A stretch of DNA of 64,000 nucleotides. Origin: an uncultured Candidatus Saccharibacteria bacterium. Its GTDB lineage: Bacteria > Patescibacteriota > CPR2 > UBA1875 > CAIMLA01. The notes beneath the pieces are model-generated. The model was not told the DNA's origin. It saw only the letters and a program-made list of their open reading frames with translations, and did no database searches. A program made the position numbers and the translations under genes. The stretch is from contig CAZQLQ010000003.1 of NCBI GenBank assembly GCA_964594415.1, forward strand, positions 6,224 to 70,223, given 5' to 3'. This document shows positions 1 to 9,779 of the stretch, piece by piece (the first letter of the stretch is position 1; each line of letters opens with the position of its first letter).

Positions 1-298
1 GATGAGTAAGAATAACCGCATCAATCTTTCTATCATAAGCTGGGACAATCTTGTCTACTTTTGAAATAACCCCTTCACTAGGACCGCCATCAATTATTAT
101 TCTCTGACTGTCAGGAGTCTCTATCATCTCCATATCTCCCTGACCTACATCAAAAAACCACAACCTAATAAATTCCGAGTTTGGTTCATAATAAAAATCA
201 CACAAAGCAATTAATATTAAAAACAAAAATGCTATTACTAGATTTGCTCTTATGCTTTGTTTTTTTAAGCTTTTAAATTTTTTTAAACCGTTTTCCAT
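1..298 (-). CDS. ComEC-type metallo-beta-lactamase domain protein, 5' end only (runs off the window edge); N-terminal TM helix then FDVGQGD...IIDGGP...ILTH motif
   Basis: Reverse-complement translation from the ATG at 298 gives MENGLKKFKSLKKQSIRANLVIAFLFLILIALCDFYYEPNSEFIRLWFFDVGQGDMEMIETPDSQRIIIDGGPSEGVISKVDKIVPAYDRKIDAVILTH. This is the hallmark start of the ComEC C-terminal MBL domain. It is not in the ORF track because it is truncated by the window edge. Confidence 0.6.
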   Translation of the reverse strand, partial: MENGLKKFKSLKKQSIRANLVIAFLFLILIALCDFYYEPNSEFIRLWFFDVGQGDMEMIETPDSQRIIIDGGPSEGVISKVDKIVPAYDRKIDAVILTH

Positions 299-325
299 AA
301 ATAAACATTAACAAAAATTAACCCA

Positions 326-1768
326 TTATTCACGTATACATTTTACTGATTTCCTAAAAATAAACCAAAAATCAAGTATTAGTAAGTAAAGCAGAACAAT
401 AATTATGGGGTTTTTTATTTCTAATTGATAGGAGGAGAAGGATAGGTTGCCAAAAAAATCAATTATATTATTAAATGCCTTCAAGAGGATGAAGCCTGGT
501 ATTGCTATAATCTTCCCAAGAAGAATATTGAACATTCCAAATACACCTATTAAAAAAGAGACTAGCATACATAAAGGTACTAAGCTCAAAACTAAAAGAT
601 TTGAGATCGGTGAAATAACCGAAATTGTACCAAAATAATACATTAAGATTGGGAGTGAAACTAACTGAGCTCCTAAGGTTTCAGAGATCGGGAGAGAGAT
701 GAAGCTTGGCAGAAACGAAGCCTTGTTATAGAGAATTGGCCCAATGTAGATCATACCCAGAAGAGCAGCAAAAGATAGCTGAAATCCTATGTCATAAATC
801 AGTAAAAATGGATTAAAAATAAGCATAATAGCAGCCGAAAGCAATATTAGCGAAAAGCTGTCGCTACCTCTACCGAAACAACGGGCAAGAATAGGCATAA
901 CCCCCATAATAGCTGCTCTCACAATACTGGGAGAAGCCCCTGTCATAACAACAAAAATACTTACAAAAATAAAAGGGATCACCAGGTTTACCTTTCTGGA
1001 AAACCGTGTTTTCAAGAACTGAAAAAGCCCTAAAATAATTGTTATGTTATATCCGGACAGAGCAATTATGTGCATTGTCCCGCTTGCCTGTAACGCTCTT
1101 TTCACTTCCGCAGTAAGAGAGGCTTTTTCCCCAAGTATCAATCCGCTTGCCAGACCCGCTTCTCTTTCTGGCAAAGAAAAGGAAATCGCCGAATTAATTT
1201 CAGATCTAAGGTTGTATAATTTTTGCCTTAGTGCGGTGGAAGGACCCTTAGTAGTGCCTGTTTTTTCTATCTCCTTCGCATATGCCAATCCGACAGATTC
1301 TTCTTTCTTATATTTTCCGCTGTTTTCATCAAAAATTTTGACTTTTCCGACAAATTTTAATTCGTCACCAAACTTATAATTTGGGTATTTCGGGGCATAA
1401 AAAGTAACTTTCTTGCCAAATCCAAAGCTGTTTTTATTTATAATTTCGGCGGTTATTTGCTGTTGATTATCATACTCAATGGGAGGCTCATTTACCGAAA
1501 CTGTGTAATTACTCTCTGAAAATGCTAAATTAAAATTGATTTTTTCCAGGACTTCAGATCTCAATTGAAAATGAAAAATGGAAATGAAGAATACTCCCAA
1601 ACCAAAAATGATCCCCCAAAAGAACCTTTTTATAAAAATCAAAAAAGACAATAAGCATATTGTGACTCCTAAAATTAAATAATTTAAGGGGTCTGAGATA
1701 AAATAACTAGCAGCTCCATTCCCTAAAATAAAGAAGCACAACCATAATATAAAAATTTTTGCTCTCAT
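326..1768 (-). CDS. comEC: ComEC/Rec2 competence protein, N-terminal DUF4131-like plus competence membrane domain (480 aa), lacking the MBL domain
   Basis: Polytopic membrane protein with the central competence-domain signature (GASPSIVRAAIMGV...FQLSFAALLGMIY). It ends 27 nt before the separate MBL-domain ORF at 1..298. Confidence 0.65.
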   Translation of the reverse strand: MRAKIFILWLCFFILGNGAASYFISDPLNYLILGVTICLLSFLIFIKRFFWGIIFGLGVFFISIFHFQLRSEVLEKINFNLAFSESNYTVSVNEPPIEYDNQQQITAEIINKNSFGFGKKVTFYAPKYPNYKFGDELKFVGKVKIFDENSGKYKKEESVGLAYAKEIEKTGTTKGPSTALRQKLYNLRSEINSAISFSLPEREAGLASGLILGEKASLTAEVKRALQASGTMHIIALSGYNITIILGLFQFLKTRFSRKVNLVIPFIFVSIFVVMTGASPSIVRAAIMGVMPILARCFGRGSDSFSLILLSAAIMLIFNPFLLIYDIGFQLSFAALLGMIYIGPILYNKASFLPSFISLPISETLGAQLVSLPILMYYFGTISVISPISNLLVLSLVPLCMLVSFLIGVFGMFNILLGKIIAIPGFILLKAFNNIIDFFGNLSFSSYQLEIKNPIIIVLLYLLILDFWFIFRKSVKCIRE

Positions 1769-1780
1769 AAATAATCTGTA

Positions 1781-1812
1781 TTTTAAAAATCCCGCCGAAG
1801 CGGGATTTATTT
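1781..1812 (-). terminator. Rho-independent terminator after the zinc-ribbon gene
   Basis: The hairpin aaatcccgc-cgaa-gcgggattt is followed by a T-run on the minus strand, immediately downstream of the stop at 1820. Confidence 0.6.
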
Positions 1813-1819
1813 TGCTCTA

Positions 1820-2110
1820 TTAAGAAGCGTTTTTCTGCTTTTTGAAACAGTCTATACAATAAACCGGTCTATCACCTTTTGGTTCAAATGGGACTGTAGT
1901 TGTCTGGCCGCATTCTGCGCACACAACCTCGAAAGATTTTCTTTCTCTACCAGAACTGTTACGGCTTGCCTTTGCTGCTCTTCGACATTCTGGACATCTT
2001 TTTGGTTCATTTTCAAAACCCTTTTCTGCGTAGAACTCTTGTTCGCTGACAGAAAAGATAAAGTCATTACCACAGTCAACACAAGCAATCGTCTTATCTT
2101 TAAAACTCAT
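1820..2110 (-). CDS. Small double zinc-ribbon protein (four CxxC pairs), function unknown
   Basis: CVDCG...CPEC and CAECG...CIDC, two C-x2-C-x17-C-x2-C ribbons separated by an Arg/Lys-rich linker. Possibly nucleic-acid binding. Confidence 0.5.
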   Translation of the reverse strand: MSFKDKTIACVDCGNDFIFSVSEQEFYAEKGFENEPKRCPECRRAAKASRNSSGRERKSFEVVCAECGQTTTVPFEPKGDRPVYCIDCFKKQKNAS

Positions 2111-2260
2111 TTTAATGCTCCTTTCTAAAAGATTTCCCGTCCGGGATGGGGCTATGAGTTTAAGTACCGACGATTGAGAAACAAACTAAATCTAGGACTG
2201 AAACTATACACCATGAGCATTATAACACAAAATTTGAATAATGAATAGTTTTTATTGAAT

Positions 2261-2290
2261 AAAAAACAAAAAGAGAGATTTCTCTCTCTG
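2261..2290 (-). terminator. Rho-independent terminator downstream of tRNA-fMet
   Basis: The hairpin agagaga-tttc-tctctct is followed on the minus strand by a uuuuguuuuuu run. Confidence 0.55.
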
Positions 2291-2298
2291 AAGATTCT

Positions 2299-2373
2299 TG
2301 GTAGCGGGGGTGGGATTCGAACCCACGACCTCCGGGTTATGAGCCCGACGAGCTGCCGCTGCTCTACCCCGCG
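2299..2373 (-). tRNA. tRNA-Met (anticodon CAT), initiator type (fMet)
   Basis: The reverse complement is CGCGGGGTAGAGCAGCGGCAGCTCGTCGGGCTCATAACCCGGAGGTCGTGGGTTCGAATCCCACCCCCGCTACCA. Positions 1:72 are mismatched, the anticodon stem has three consecutive G:C pairs (29-31:39-41), and CCA is encoded. These are the bacterial initiator hallmarks. Confidence 0.85.
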
Positions 2374-2489
2374 TCAAAAAATATCAAAAACTAAAGACAA
2401 TTTTAACATTTATATATATTTTGTCAAGACCCTATATGTAAACCGTATATCTTATAAAAAAAGCCTGCACTTTATGTGCAGGCCACGCC

Positions 2490-3395
2490 TTAGATATCCC
2501 AATCTAATGTCTTTAAAGCCTTACTTGCTATTCTGATGTATATAGTCGATCCTTTTGATATTTTTTTCACTTCCCCGTCTATTTGAATATTTGCCTCGTG
2601 TGGCAAATACAGACAATATTCATTTGCTTGCGTTCCTTCAAGGCGACCCAATACCCCCAGCGCTATCTTTTGAGGGAAGGAAAGGTCCTGATGAAGATGA
2701 ACGATTTCAAATAAACCGTCGTCGCATATAGAGTTTCTTACCTTAAAAAGCTTGGCCATTCTTGGACTATTATGAATCGTTAAGCTTCTTAAGTTTAGTT
2801 TTTCCCCGAAGGCATCTTCTAATGGTATGCCCTTATTAGTTACAACTTCCCTTAATACCAATGTTGCTTCTGGAACAATTTTTCCCTTTAGGCTTTCGGC
2901 TTTTTCAAGAATTATCGCAGTGTCTGCAGTTAGCCCAAAACCGACGTAAGAATGAGCATAGAAACGATAACTGCTAAAAATATCTGCATTATCAATGATT
3001 ATTTCTAATAGATCTATGTTTCTAATACTAGCTGACAATATTGCTTTTTTCAGTTTCCCTTTGTCACCAAACATGCTAAACCAGTCATTAGCATTACCAC
3101 CAGGCCAAGCTACAACAAAAGGGGAGTTATTAGTTAACATCGCTTGGTTAACAACTGCATTGTAACCGCCGTCACCACTAACCGAGATGAATAGAGCTTG
3201 CGTTGTGGAGTATGCTCTCATAAATTCTTTTGTTTCTTCAATCGAGTTGGAGAATAAATAGGAATGCTTAATTTTTTCACTCTTAAGCCAATCCAGAGCT
3301 TCGAAACCTTCTTTTATGCCTCTGTTACTTTTCTTATTGATTATTAGAAATACTTTCTCAAACCCCTCAATACCACTCGATGACAATATACTCAC
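2490..3395 (-). CDS. Diacylglycerol kinase catalytic-domain (YegS/DAGK-like) lipid kinase
   Basis: SGDGGYNAVVNQ glycine-rich ATP-binding motif of the DAGK_cat family; about 300 aa, as expected. Confidence 0.6.
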   Translation of the reverse strand: MSILSSSGIEGFEKVFLIINKKSNRGIKEGFEALDWLKSEKIKHSYLFSNSIEETKEFMRAYSTTQALFISVSGDGGYNAVVNQAMLTNNSPFVVAWPGGNANDWFSMFGDKGKLKKAILSASIRNIDLLEIIIDNADIFSSYRFYAHSYVGFGLTADTAIILEKAESLKGKIVPEATLVLREVVTNKGIPLEDAFGEKLNLRSLTIHNSPRMAKLFKVRNSICDDGLFEIVHLHQDLSFPQKIALGVLGRLEGTQANEYCLYLPHEANIQIDGEVKKISKGSTIYIRIASKALKTLDWDI

Positions 3396-3503
3396 TCCTT
3401 ATTTTGATTATAATTATTCAAAAGCCGAATTAATCAATTGTGAAATAGCAAAAGACGGATTAACGTAATTTCGTAGAATTTATAACATCTATTGAGGTTC
3501 ATT

Positions 3504-3884
3504 TCAAGAATTAACAAAAAAGAAACGATACCATTTTTCAGGATTCGAGTAGTTCACAACTGGGGCTTCCTCAACTATTTCTACCTTCGTTTGTGGCAAA
3601 ATCACAACGACTTGTTCCCCAGCTTTCTGCATTCCCAGTCTTTCCCTAGCAATCTTTTCTTTGTAATCAAGGCTTTTGTAATAAGTAATCTTACGGATCA
3701 TGTCTTCGTTTTTCAGCTTTATGGTTTCAATCTCTTTTGCAAGAGCAGTTGCCTGTTGGTTTACGCCATAGCTTTGATACATTCTTTCGCCTACTGAATA
3801 CAATAGATAAACAGATAAAAGAACGAAGGCTGTTTGAACAAAAAACTTCTTACTTTTCATTGACTTATTATAACATAAAGTCAC
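3504..3884 (-). CDS. ftsB: Septum formation initiator FtsB/DivIC-like protein
   Basis: N-terminal TM helix followed by a coiled coil (ALAKEIETIKLKNEDMIRKITYYKSLDYKEKIARERLGM), typical of FtsB/DivIC. Confidence 0.6.
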   Translation of the reverse strand: MTLCYNKSMKSKKFFVQTAFVLLSVYLLYSVGERMYQSYGVNQQATALAKEIETIKLKNEDMIRKITYYKSLDYKEKIARERLGMQKAGEQVVVILPQTKVEIVEEAPVVNYSNPEKWYRFFFVNS

Positions 3885-3893
3885 TTCTTAACA

Positions 3894-3922
3894 TTGACTA
3901 GAACAAGATAATTAGCTATAAT
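3894..3922 (+). promoter_or_regulatory. Consensus sigma70-like promoter (TTGACT-17 nt-TATAAT) pointing toward the tRNA-Lys/tRNA-Met pair
   Basis: TTGACT at 3894..3899, a 17-nt spacer, TATAAT at 3917..3922. The next annotated + strand feature is tRNA-Lys at 4263. Confidence 0.35.
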
Positions 3923-4262
3923 ATCAATGTTTCAAGACCTCAAAAAGCTAGTTGCAAAAAGCTTAATAGGGCATAAACCTAACAAAGATTTACAAAATTT
4001 GTGTTAGACGAATTAAAACTCAAGAATTTTATTAATTCTTTTTTTATGTCTAAAAAGTAGTTTAGAAATAGCATTATTGAAAAAAAATTAATTTTAAGCT
4101 AAAATATAGCGGTTAAATAATAATTTATATAAGTTATTTAACTGAATAAAAAATCGCCCGAAGTCAACAAAATTTATAATTTTATTGAAAATGAGCAATA
4201 ACATCAGGGTAAAGCAGCCCAATAAATTGAGTCTGCGTAACCCGAAAGTGAATTGCGACGCG

Positions 4263-4338
4263 GGCCCGTAGCTCAGTCGGTAGAGCAATTGCCTTTTAAG
4301 CAACTGGTCGTGGGTTCGAGTCCCACCGGGCCCTCCAT
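4263..4338 (+). tRNA. tRNA-Lys (anticodon TTT)
   Basis: GGGCCCGTAGCTCAGTCGGTAGAGCAATTGCCTTTTAAGCAACTGGTCGTGGGTTCGAGTCCCACCGGGCCCTCCA. Clean cloverleaf, anticodon loop CTTTTAA, CCA encoded. Confidence 0.85.
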
Positions 4339-4493
4339 CACTCGCACATTAATTTATATAATAGATAAGAGTAATGTCCTGAGCTTAGTCGAAGGACAAC
4401 AAATTCGAAGAAAATTCAATATTTTTGTGAAAGATAAAGTCTTTAATGTAATTACTGGAAAATTTAAATATATTTAGTACGACTTCTTCGCGT

Positions 4494-4568
4494 GGCTGTG
4501 TAGCTCAGGGGTAGAGCAGCAGACTCATAAGCTGTTGGTCGGTGGTTCAAATCCACCCACAGCCACCA
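4494..4568 (+). tRNA. tRNA-Met (anticodon CAT), elongator type
   Basis: GGCTGTGTAGCTCAGGGGTAGAGCAGCAGACTCATAAGCTGTTGGTCGGTGGTTCAAATCCACCCACAGCCACCA. The acceptor stem pairs perfectly (so not an initiator) and it lacks the C4:G69/C5:G68 pairs of tRNA-Ile2. One A:G mismatch at 31:39. Confidence 0.75.
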
Positions 4569-4585
4569 AAATACATATAATAGGA

Positions 4586-4615
4586 AAACGGCTCTTTTAG
4601 AGCCGTTTTTCTTGT
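4586..4615. terminator. Bidirectional rho-independent terminator
   Basis: The hairpin aaaacggctc-tttta-gagccgtttt is flanked by A- and T-runs. It sits between the tRNA pair (+) and the convergent membrane-protein gene (-). Confidence 0.6.
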
Positions 4616-4628
4616 CCTTATTAACTTG

Positions 4629-5147
4629 TTATTTACCAAAAATTTTCTTTAATATTCCGGTAATAACAACAACAATTATCGGTGCAACCAGCCAAAGCAA
4701 TCTGTAGGTGTAAACATAACCTGCAACAACGCTTCCTGATAATAAACTCATTCTCTCTGCTTCGCCCATAAAACTGAATATGCTAGAAGTAATAAGCCCT
4801 GCTGACAAAAATCCATATATAGCAGTGTAGATTACGTTGTTTGCAGTTGAGTCCTTACTGGAAGTTATTAGTTCGCTTCTAAGTGTCATGATAAATATCA
4901 CCGAAACAAAAAGCAGAACTTCTACCGCAAACAATGAAGCGCTAAATCCCTGAGGCAACGAAGGAATCATTGAAATCCGGTTATAAGCCAAATCACCAAC
5001 CTCTACCGCTATAACATAACCAATATATGAATTTATGAGAATATTAAGGACCCTACCCTTTCCTAATAGTAGTCCGTAAATAGTCATTATGACAAAAAAT
5101 AATATAATAAACAGGTCCCAAGATGGCGTCATTACTTTCCTTGTCAA
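4629..5147 (-). CDS. CvpA-like small polytopic membrane protein (putative)
   Basis: A 172-aa protein with four predicted TM helices and a glycine/basic first loop resembling the CvpA family. Weak assignment. Confidence 0.35.
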   Translation of the reverse strand: MTRKVMTPSWDLFIILFFVIMTIYGLLLGKGRVLNILINSYIGYVIAVEVGDLAYNRISMIPSLPQGFSASLFAVEVLLFVSVIFIMTLRSELITSSKDSTANNVIYTAIYGFLSAGLITSSIFSFMGEAERMSLLSGSVVAGYVYTYRLLWLVAPIIVVVITGILKKIFGK

Positions 5148-5312
5148 ATTATCAGTCTTAATTAATTATAGATTTATAAGTATTAAGCGTCAATATCAAA
5201 AGAGCACATATGCAGTTAATTCTTCTGCCTTTGAAGAAAGTAAAAATTTTATCATTTTATTAGTTCCCGCCTTGCTCAAACAATATCAAAAACGTTTAGT
5301 TCAACCAGAAAA

Positions 5313-6431
5313 CTAGAACCAGCTTTTGTCTTTATCAAATTCTTCTAACAGTTGTTTTTGTTTCCTAGAAAGGCTGGTCGGGGTCTTTACAATTACCGTG
5401 ACCAGATGGTCGCCTCTCTTATTACTATGTAGCTTAGGAACTCCGTGATCACTCAGTTTAAACACTTTCCCACTCTGAGTTCCGGCGGGTATTTTTAGCT
5501 TGAGCTTCCCGTCAACAGTCTCCACTTCAACATTTGATCCTAGTGCTGCCTGAGGAAAAGTAATCTCTACCTCGCTTAATATGTCAAATCCTGATCGACT
5601 AAATTTTTTATCTCTATTTATATTGACCCTCAGATACAAGTCACCAGGAGGTACCCCTTGTTTCCCCGCTTCCCCCGCTCCTGAAATTCTAATCTTTTGG
5701 GCATCATCAATGCCGGCCGGTATTTTTACTTTAATTGTTACTTGCTCTTTTAATCTTCCTTCTCCGGAACATTTAGAACATTTTTTCTCAGGAATTTTCC
5801 CTTTTCCAAAGCAATCAGAACAAATTGATGCAGAAGAAAAAGTTCCAAAAATCGTGCGAGATTGAGTTTGTATTTGCCCGCTTCCATGACAAGTGGGACA
5901 AGTCTTGAAAGTCGTTCCGGGTTCGGCGCCATTTCCTTTACACTTACTGCAAGTGTTCATCTTTAGCAAGTTGAAGTCTTTTTCAACGCCAAAAACAGCT
6001 TCCTTAAAATCAATCCGTATCTCTGCATGAATATCATTTCCTTTTTGAGCCTTACGACTTGTGCTTCTGCCTCCACCACCGAAGAAAGTTTCAAAGATAT
6101 CACCAAATCCCCCCAGATCACTCATGTCAAACTCAACACCCTGACCAAAACCACCATATTGCTGATAATTAAATCCTCCTGTTCCCGAGGGACCATTTCC
6201 AGCACCAAAGGGTCCATTATGCCCGAATTGATCATAGTTTTTACGCTTTGTAGCATCAGAAAGGACTGAGTAGGCTTCATTGATCTCCTTAAATTTAGCC
6301 TCAGCCTCTGCTCCGCCTCCCTTATCAGGATGATACTTCATGGCAAGCTTACGATAAGCTTTTTTAAGCTCCACATCCGAAGCAGTTTTGCTAACTCCAA
6401 GAACTTCATAATAATCTTTTTTTACAGCCAT
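5313..6431 (-). CDS. dnaJ: Chaperone DnaJ
   Basis: J-domain with HPD motif (KYHPDK), G/F-rich region, four CxxCxGxG zinc-finger repeats and a C-terminal domain. Confidence 0.95.
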   Translation of the reverse strand: MAVKKDYYEVLGVSKTASDVELKKAYRKLAMKYHPDKGGGAEAEAKFKEINEAYSVLSDATKRKNYDQFGHNGPFGAGNGPSGTGGFNYQQYGGFGQGVEFDMSDLGGFGDIFETFFGGGGRSTSRKAQKGNDIHAEIRIDFKEAVFGVEKDFNLLKMNTCSKCKGNGAEPGTTFKTCPTCHGSGQIQTQSRTIFGTFSSASICSDCFGKGKIPEKKCSKCSGEGRLKEQVTIKVKIPAGIDDAQKIRISGAGEAGKQGVPPGDLYLRVNINRDKKFSRSGFDILSEVEITFPQAALGSNVEVETVDGKLKLKIPAGTQSGKVFKLSDHGVPKLHSNKRGDHLVTVIVKTPTSLSRKQKQLLEEFDKDKSWF

Positions 6432-6575
6432 TATTTTCTATCAACCAATCCACCAGCAATCGTGGTTTTAAAAACTAATTTATCCTGTTCTTCTTTCGTC
6501 ATAACTTCCTTTTTAAATAATGAGTAGCAGCTAATGACGGCTTATCGAAATAAACCGTCACTGTGTCGCAACTAA

Positions 6576-8468
6576 TTATTCTTCTTTTTTATCTTCTTCA
6601 ACGACTTCGCCTTCTACCGGTCCTTCTTCTGCCTTCGTCTCTTCTGCAGCGCCTTCACCAGACTGTGCTGGTTGCTCATACATCGTTGCTCCGACTTTCT
6701 GGATTGCTTCAAATAGGGCATCATATGACTTTTGAATAGAATCTTTATCATCACCGTCTTTGAGTTTTTTCAATTCTTCAACTTTTGCTTCAACGTCTTT
6801 TTTGTCTTCTTCTTTTGCCTTATCCCCGGCGTCTTTCAAAGTCTTTTCTGCAGTATAAATCAAGGCGTCTGACATATTTTTGAGGTCAACAAGTTCTTTT
6901 CTCTTCTTGTCTTCTTCAGCATGTGCTTCAGCATCTTTTTGCATTCTCTCTATTTCTTCTTTTGAAAGTCCGCTTGACGCAGTGATGGTAATCTTTTGTT
7001 CCTTACCTGTTGCTTTGTCTTTGGCGGTTACGTGTACAATTCCGTTTGCGTCGATGTCAAATGTTACTTCAACTTGCGGAATACCCCTAGGTGCAGGTGG
7101 GATACCATCTAGAATGAATCTTCCTAACGACTTATTGTCAGCCGCAAATTCACGTTCACCCTGGAGAACATTGATCTCCACCGAGGTTTGGTTATCTGCT
7201 GCAGTGGAAAATACTTGTGATGCGCTGGTTGGGATAGTAGTATTCTTTTCTATTAGCTTCGTAGAAACACCTCCCAATGTTTCAATTCCAAGAGAAAGGG
7301 GAGTAACATCAAGAAGAAGAACGTCCTTTACTTCTCCGCCAAGCACCCCTCCTTGAATTGCTGCTCCAACAGCCACAACTTCGTCTGGATTTACACCTTT
7401 AAGCGGTTCTTTACCAAAAAAGTCTTTAACAGCTTCTTGAACCTTTGGCATACGAGTCATACCGCCGACTAAAATTACTTCGTTGATATCTGTTACTTTC
7501 AGGCCAGCATCCGCAAGAGCGGTTTTGCACGGTTCAATCGTCTTCTTGATCAAATCGTCAACTATAGTTTCAAGCTTTGCCCTTGTCATCTTATAAGTGA
7601 GGTGCTTAGGACCGCTGCTATCAGCTGTAATGAATGGGATATTGATTTCTGTTTCCATCGTGCTTGATAGCTCAATTTTTGCCTTCTCGGCAGCTTCTTT
7701 AAGCCTCTGTAGAGCCGCTGTGTCAGCTTTCAAATCAATTCCTTGCTCCCTCTTAAACTCATCGACAAGCCAATCAATTATTCTCTGGTCAAAGTCATCA
7801 CCACCAAGATGAGTATCTCCATTTGTGGATTTAACTTCAAAAACACCATCACCTAGCTCAAGGATAGAAACATCAAACGTTCCGCCACCAAGATCGTAAA
7901 CAGCTACTTTTTCTTCTTTTTTCTTATCAAGCCCATAAGCAAGTGCTGCTGCGGTAGGTTCATTAATAATTCTTTTTACGTCCAGCCCAGCAATTTTTCC
8001 AGCATCTTTTGTCGCTTGACGCTGAGAATCGTTAAAATAAGCAGGCACAGTAATTACCGCCTCCGTAACTTTTTCACCTAGATAAGCTTCGGCATCTGCT
8101 TTCAACTTCGAAAGAATCATAGCGGAAATTTCGGCCGGACTATAATTCTTATCTCCCATCTTTACAGTTACCCCACCGTTTTCTTTTTCAATCTTGTAAG
8201 GAACAAGCTCGATATCCTTTTTTACTTCCGGATCATTGTAACCGCGACCAATCAATCTTTTTACTGAAAAAATTGTATTTTCAAAATTAATCACTGCTTG
8301 TCTTTTTGCGATTTGCCCAACAAGCCTCTCTCCGCTTTTAGAAACCGCCACAATTGAAGGCGTTGTGCGATTTCCTTCTGCATTTGCAATTACCTTCGGT
8401 TCTCCGCCTTCCATTACAGCCATGGCTGAGTTTGTTGTCCCAAGGTCAATTCCTATTATTTTTCCCAT
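6576..8468 (-). CDS. dnaK: Chaperone DnaK (Hsp70)
   Basis: [10 protein letters not shown] and DLGGGTFD signatures. The start is adjusted to the ATG at 8468 ([10 protein letters not shown]), which has the SD AAGGAG six nt upstream; the track ORF begins at an in-frame upstream Met. Confidence 0.95.
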   Translation of the reverse strand: MGKIIGIDLGTTNSAMAVMEGGEPKVIANAEGNRTTPSIVAVSKSGERLVGQIAKRQAVINFENTIFSVKRLIGRGYNDPEVKKDIELVPYKIEKENGGVTVKMGDKNYSPAEISAMILSKLKADAEAYLGEKVTEAVITVPAYFNDSQRQATKDAGKIAGLDVKRIINEPTAAALAYGLDKKKEEKVAVYDLGGGTFDVSILELGDGVFEVKSTNGDTHLGGDDFDQRIIDWLVDEFKREQGIDLKADTAALQRLKEAAEKAKIELSSTMETEINIPFITADSSGPKHLTYKMTRAKLETIVDDLIKKTIEPCKTALADAGLKVTDINEVILVGGMTRMPKVQEAVKDFFGKEPLKGVNPDEVVAVGAAIQGGVLGGEVKDVLLLDVTPLSLGIETLGGVSTKLIEKNTTIPTSASQVFSTAADNQTSVEINVLQGEREFAADNKSLGRFILDGIPPAPRGIPQVEVTFDIDANGIVHVTAKDKATGKEQKITITASSGLSKEEIERMQKDAEAHAEEDKKRKELVDLKNMSDALIYTAEKTLKDAGDKAKEEDKKDVEAKVEELKKLKDGDDKDSIQKSYDALFEAIQKVGATMYEQPAQSGEGAAEETKAEEGPVEGEVVEEDKKEE

Positions 8469-8521
8469 ATTTACTCCTTTCTTAAATTGCAACTTCTTAT
8501 GTCACAAAGAAAAATTTTATA

Positions 8522-8995
8522 CTAATCCTTGATATTATTTACAATAACTTTTGCTGGACGAATTAATTTTCCATTTAGCAAATATCCAGCTGCTTCTTCT
8601 TTTACAATCTCATTATTTTTATAATTTTCGTCTGAAACTTCATTTAAAGCTTCGTGAATATTTGGGTCAAAAGCCTTTCCTTCTGATTCTATTTTTTCAA
8701 CTCCATTTGCTGACAATATTTGCTCTAACTGTTTCTCGATTGCCTGAATTCCAACTGTCCAGTTATTCCCCTCGAACTCTGCGGGAACATGCCTTGCTGC
8801 AAGTGAAAAGTTATCCATTACCGGCAAAATCTCTTCTATTATCTTTGCCTGAGCGAACTTAATGAAGTTAACTCTATCTTCTTCATTTCTTCGCTTGTAG
8901 TTTAAAAAGTCTGCCTGTGTTCTTTGCAACATCCCTTTTAGTTCTTCGATCTCGGCTAATAATTTTTCTTGTTTTTCTTCTTTTGGTTTCTTCAT
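8522..8995 (-). CDS. grpE: Nucleotide exchange factor GrpE
   Basis: GrpE coiled-coil plus beta-domain sequence. The start is adjusted to MKKPKEE at 8995, which has a GAGGA SD and avoids overlap with the hrcA stop. Confidence 0.85.
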   Translation of the reverse strand: MKKPKEEKQEKLLAEIEELKGMLQRTQADFLNYKRRNEEDRVNFIKFAQAKIIEEILPVMDNFSLAARHVPAEFEGNNWTVGIQAIEKQLEQILSANGVEKIESEGKAFDPNIHEALNEVSDENYKNNEIVKEEAAGYLLNGKLIRPAKVIVNNIKD

Positions 8996-9002
8996 ATTTC
9001 CT

Positions 9003-9710
9003 CTATATAACATTTTCTAATAGATTTTTTACTTCACCTATTACGGCTATCGTTTTGGGGTAAAACATTCTGGTAGGACCCAAAACAACAAGTCGTCCCC
9101 TTGATCCATCTGGGGCCTGAAACCCTGAGACTACCAACGAGCACCCGGAAGACTTGCCGATTGGCGATTCGCTTCCTATGTATACAATTGGAGCTGTAGA
9201 ATAAGGCAGCTCTCTCATCAGCTCTCTCAGGCGATCAAAAATTTCCACTACGCCTAGCGTATTTGAATGTTCTCCCAAAAATTCAGGTTGTCTGAATAAA
9301 TTAATAAATCCGTGCATATATATGGCGTCTGAGTATCCGACTATTCCTACGTTGCCGGTCATATCTGCAAGAGTCATCGCTGCAGTATCTGCAATTCGTT
9401 CATGTTTTGAATTACGACTTTGAAGCCTTCTCTGGATAATACGTTCCTCACGTTTCAGGAGGGCTTCACGTTCGCTACTAATCATATCTACAAAGTATCG
9501 ATAGCCTTTCTCTGTAGGGATCCTTCCTGCCGATGTATGCGGTTGATAGATGTACTTCTCATCTTCAAGAAGAGCCATTTCGGCCCGAATGGTGGCAGGA
9601 GAAAAAGAAAAATGATATTTTTCTACAAGAACTAGAGAAGCGACAGGTTCTGCCGTTTCTATATATTCGCGCACAATGGCTTCTAGTATTGCTTCTTGTC
9701 TTGTATTCAT
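9003..9710 (-). CDS. hrcA: Heat-inducible transcription repressor HrcA (short form, about 235 aa)
   Basis: N-terminal winged-HTH (QEAILEAIVREYIETAEPVASLVL). The start is placed at the ATG at 9710; the track start at 9725 is a GTG lying inside the CIRCE element. The CIRCE operators lie immediately upstream. Confidence 0.8.
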   Translation of the reverse strand: MNTRQEAILEAIVREYIETAEPVASLVLVEKYHFSFSPATIRAEMALLEDEKYIYQPHTSAGRIPTEKGYRYFVDMISSEREALLKREERIIQRRLQSRNSKHERIADTAAMTLADMTGNVGIVGYSDAIYMHGFINLFRQPEFLGEHSNTLGVVEIFDRLRELMRELPYSTAPIVYIGSESPIGKSSGCSLVVSGFQAPDGSRGRLVVLGPTRMFYPKTIAVIGEVKNLLENVI

Positions 9711-9718
9711 CTTTTCTA

Positions 9719-9745
9719 TTAGCACTCTCTTATCACGAGTGCCAA
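9719..9745. promoter_or_regulatory. CIRCE operator copy 1 (HrcA binding site)
   Basis: TTAGCACTC-N9-GAGTGCCAA against the consensus TTAGCACTC-N9-GAGTGCTAA (one mismatch). It lies 8 nt upstream of the hrcA ATG. Confidence 0.8.
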
Positions 9746-9752
9746 AAATATA

Positions 9753-9779
9753 TTAGCACTCTAGACCAGCGAGTGTCAA
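9753..9779. promoter_or_regulatory. CIRCE operator copy 2
   Basis: TTAGCACTC-TAGACCAGC-GAGTGTCAA (two mismatches in the right arm). On the minus strand the right arm reads TTGACA and is followed 18 nt later by TAATAT, a plausible -35/-10 overlapping the operator. Confidence 0.7.

Noticed and set aside
4094-4477. Track ORFs 4094..4303 (-) and 4253..4477 (+)
   Set aside because: They overlap the tRNA-Lys gene and AT-rich intergenic DNA, and their translations run through the tRNA sequence. They are artefacts of open frames across a structural RNA.
6880-8862. Antisense ORFs inside dnaK and grpE (6880..7356, 7597..7812, 8551..8862)
   Set aside because: They lie wholly antisense to highly conserved chaperone genes, have low-complexity Ser/Leu-rich translations and lack start contexts.
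9725-9725. GTG at 9725 as the hrcA start (as in the ORF track)
   Set aside because: That codon lies inside the CIRCE left arm. The ATG at 9710 is preceded by a weak SD and gives a conventional HrcA N-terminus, so the start was moved.
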